A stretch of 63,922 bases of DNA, the filler included, from Craspedostauros australis (lineage: Eukaryota), in NCBI GenBank assembly GCA_030167865.1. It is 9 parts of 9 records of this genome, joined end to end, with 100 filler letters (N's around TTAATTAATTAA, not from the genome) between each part and the next. Parts side by side here need not be neighbours in the genome. Positions count along the whole stretch, not along the records: positions 62,332 to 63,922 come from JALAGF010002614.1; 8 more parts are not named here. One strand, 5' to 3'. Positions 63,806 through 63,922 of this stretch are shown here, piece after piece (the stretch's first letter is position 1; the number at the start of each line of letters is the position of its first letter). The translations under genes were made by a program, and so were the position numbers. Under the pieces are notes generated by a model, which was not told the origin of the DNA, searched no databases, and was given only the letters and a program-made list of their open reading frames with translations.

Positions 63806-63922
63806 CCTGGTCCTGGTTAGCTGGGAGTGTACCCAGTCGAACGCCCTTGATGCACTGCAAGTGTTCAAATGCCATCAGCTTGGGCCTTCTAATGTACACC
63901 GTGCCAATGCATGACACACTGT

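Noticed and set aside
62745..63917. Repeated 60-98 aa ORFs (WCCGWSY...) in the terminal repeats
   Set aside because: The 196-bp unit is not a multiple of 3, most starts are non-ATG, and the ORFs simply mirror the DNA repeat.

Overview
This is eukaryotic nuclear DNA, most likely from a pennate diatom, judged from GT-AG introns and gene families typical of diatoms (DUF6824, CRAL-TRIO-like, bestrophin-like, mitochondrial-type PEPC). The window is not one locus. Eight identical artificial 100-nt linkers (44 N + TTAATTAATTAA + 44 N) join nine scaffolds, so adjacency across a linker is not biological evidence. Genes I can support: two paralogous TPR-like proteins with Ala-rich C-termini, two ABCG half-transporters, a GDA1/CD39 apyrase, PEP carboxylase, a DUF6824 protein, two halves of STAND-type AAA-ATPase/TPR genes, a bestrophin-like channel, an intronless caspase-like protease with Tudor/Agenet-like repeats, a secreted Cys-rich repeat protein, a PIF/Harbinger DDE transposase, and partial sulfotransferase-like and CRAL-TRIO-like genes. 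The most unusual items are four. (1) A scaffold (28708-37558) that starts and ends inside a STAND gene in permuted order and carries a divergent two-gene module plus a dispersed repeat with tandem E2F-type sites. (2) The caspase-Tudor fusion. (3) A ~1.3-kb foldback whose arms are 196-bp tandem units with an alternating A/B pattern. (4) Several families of transposon-end or MITE-like repeats shared between scaffolds. All family assignments come from motif recognition by eye; no database search was run.
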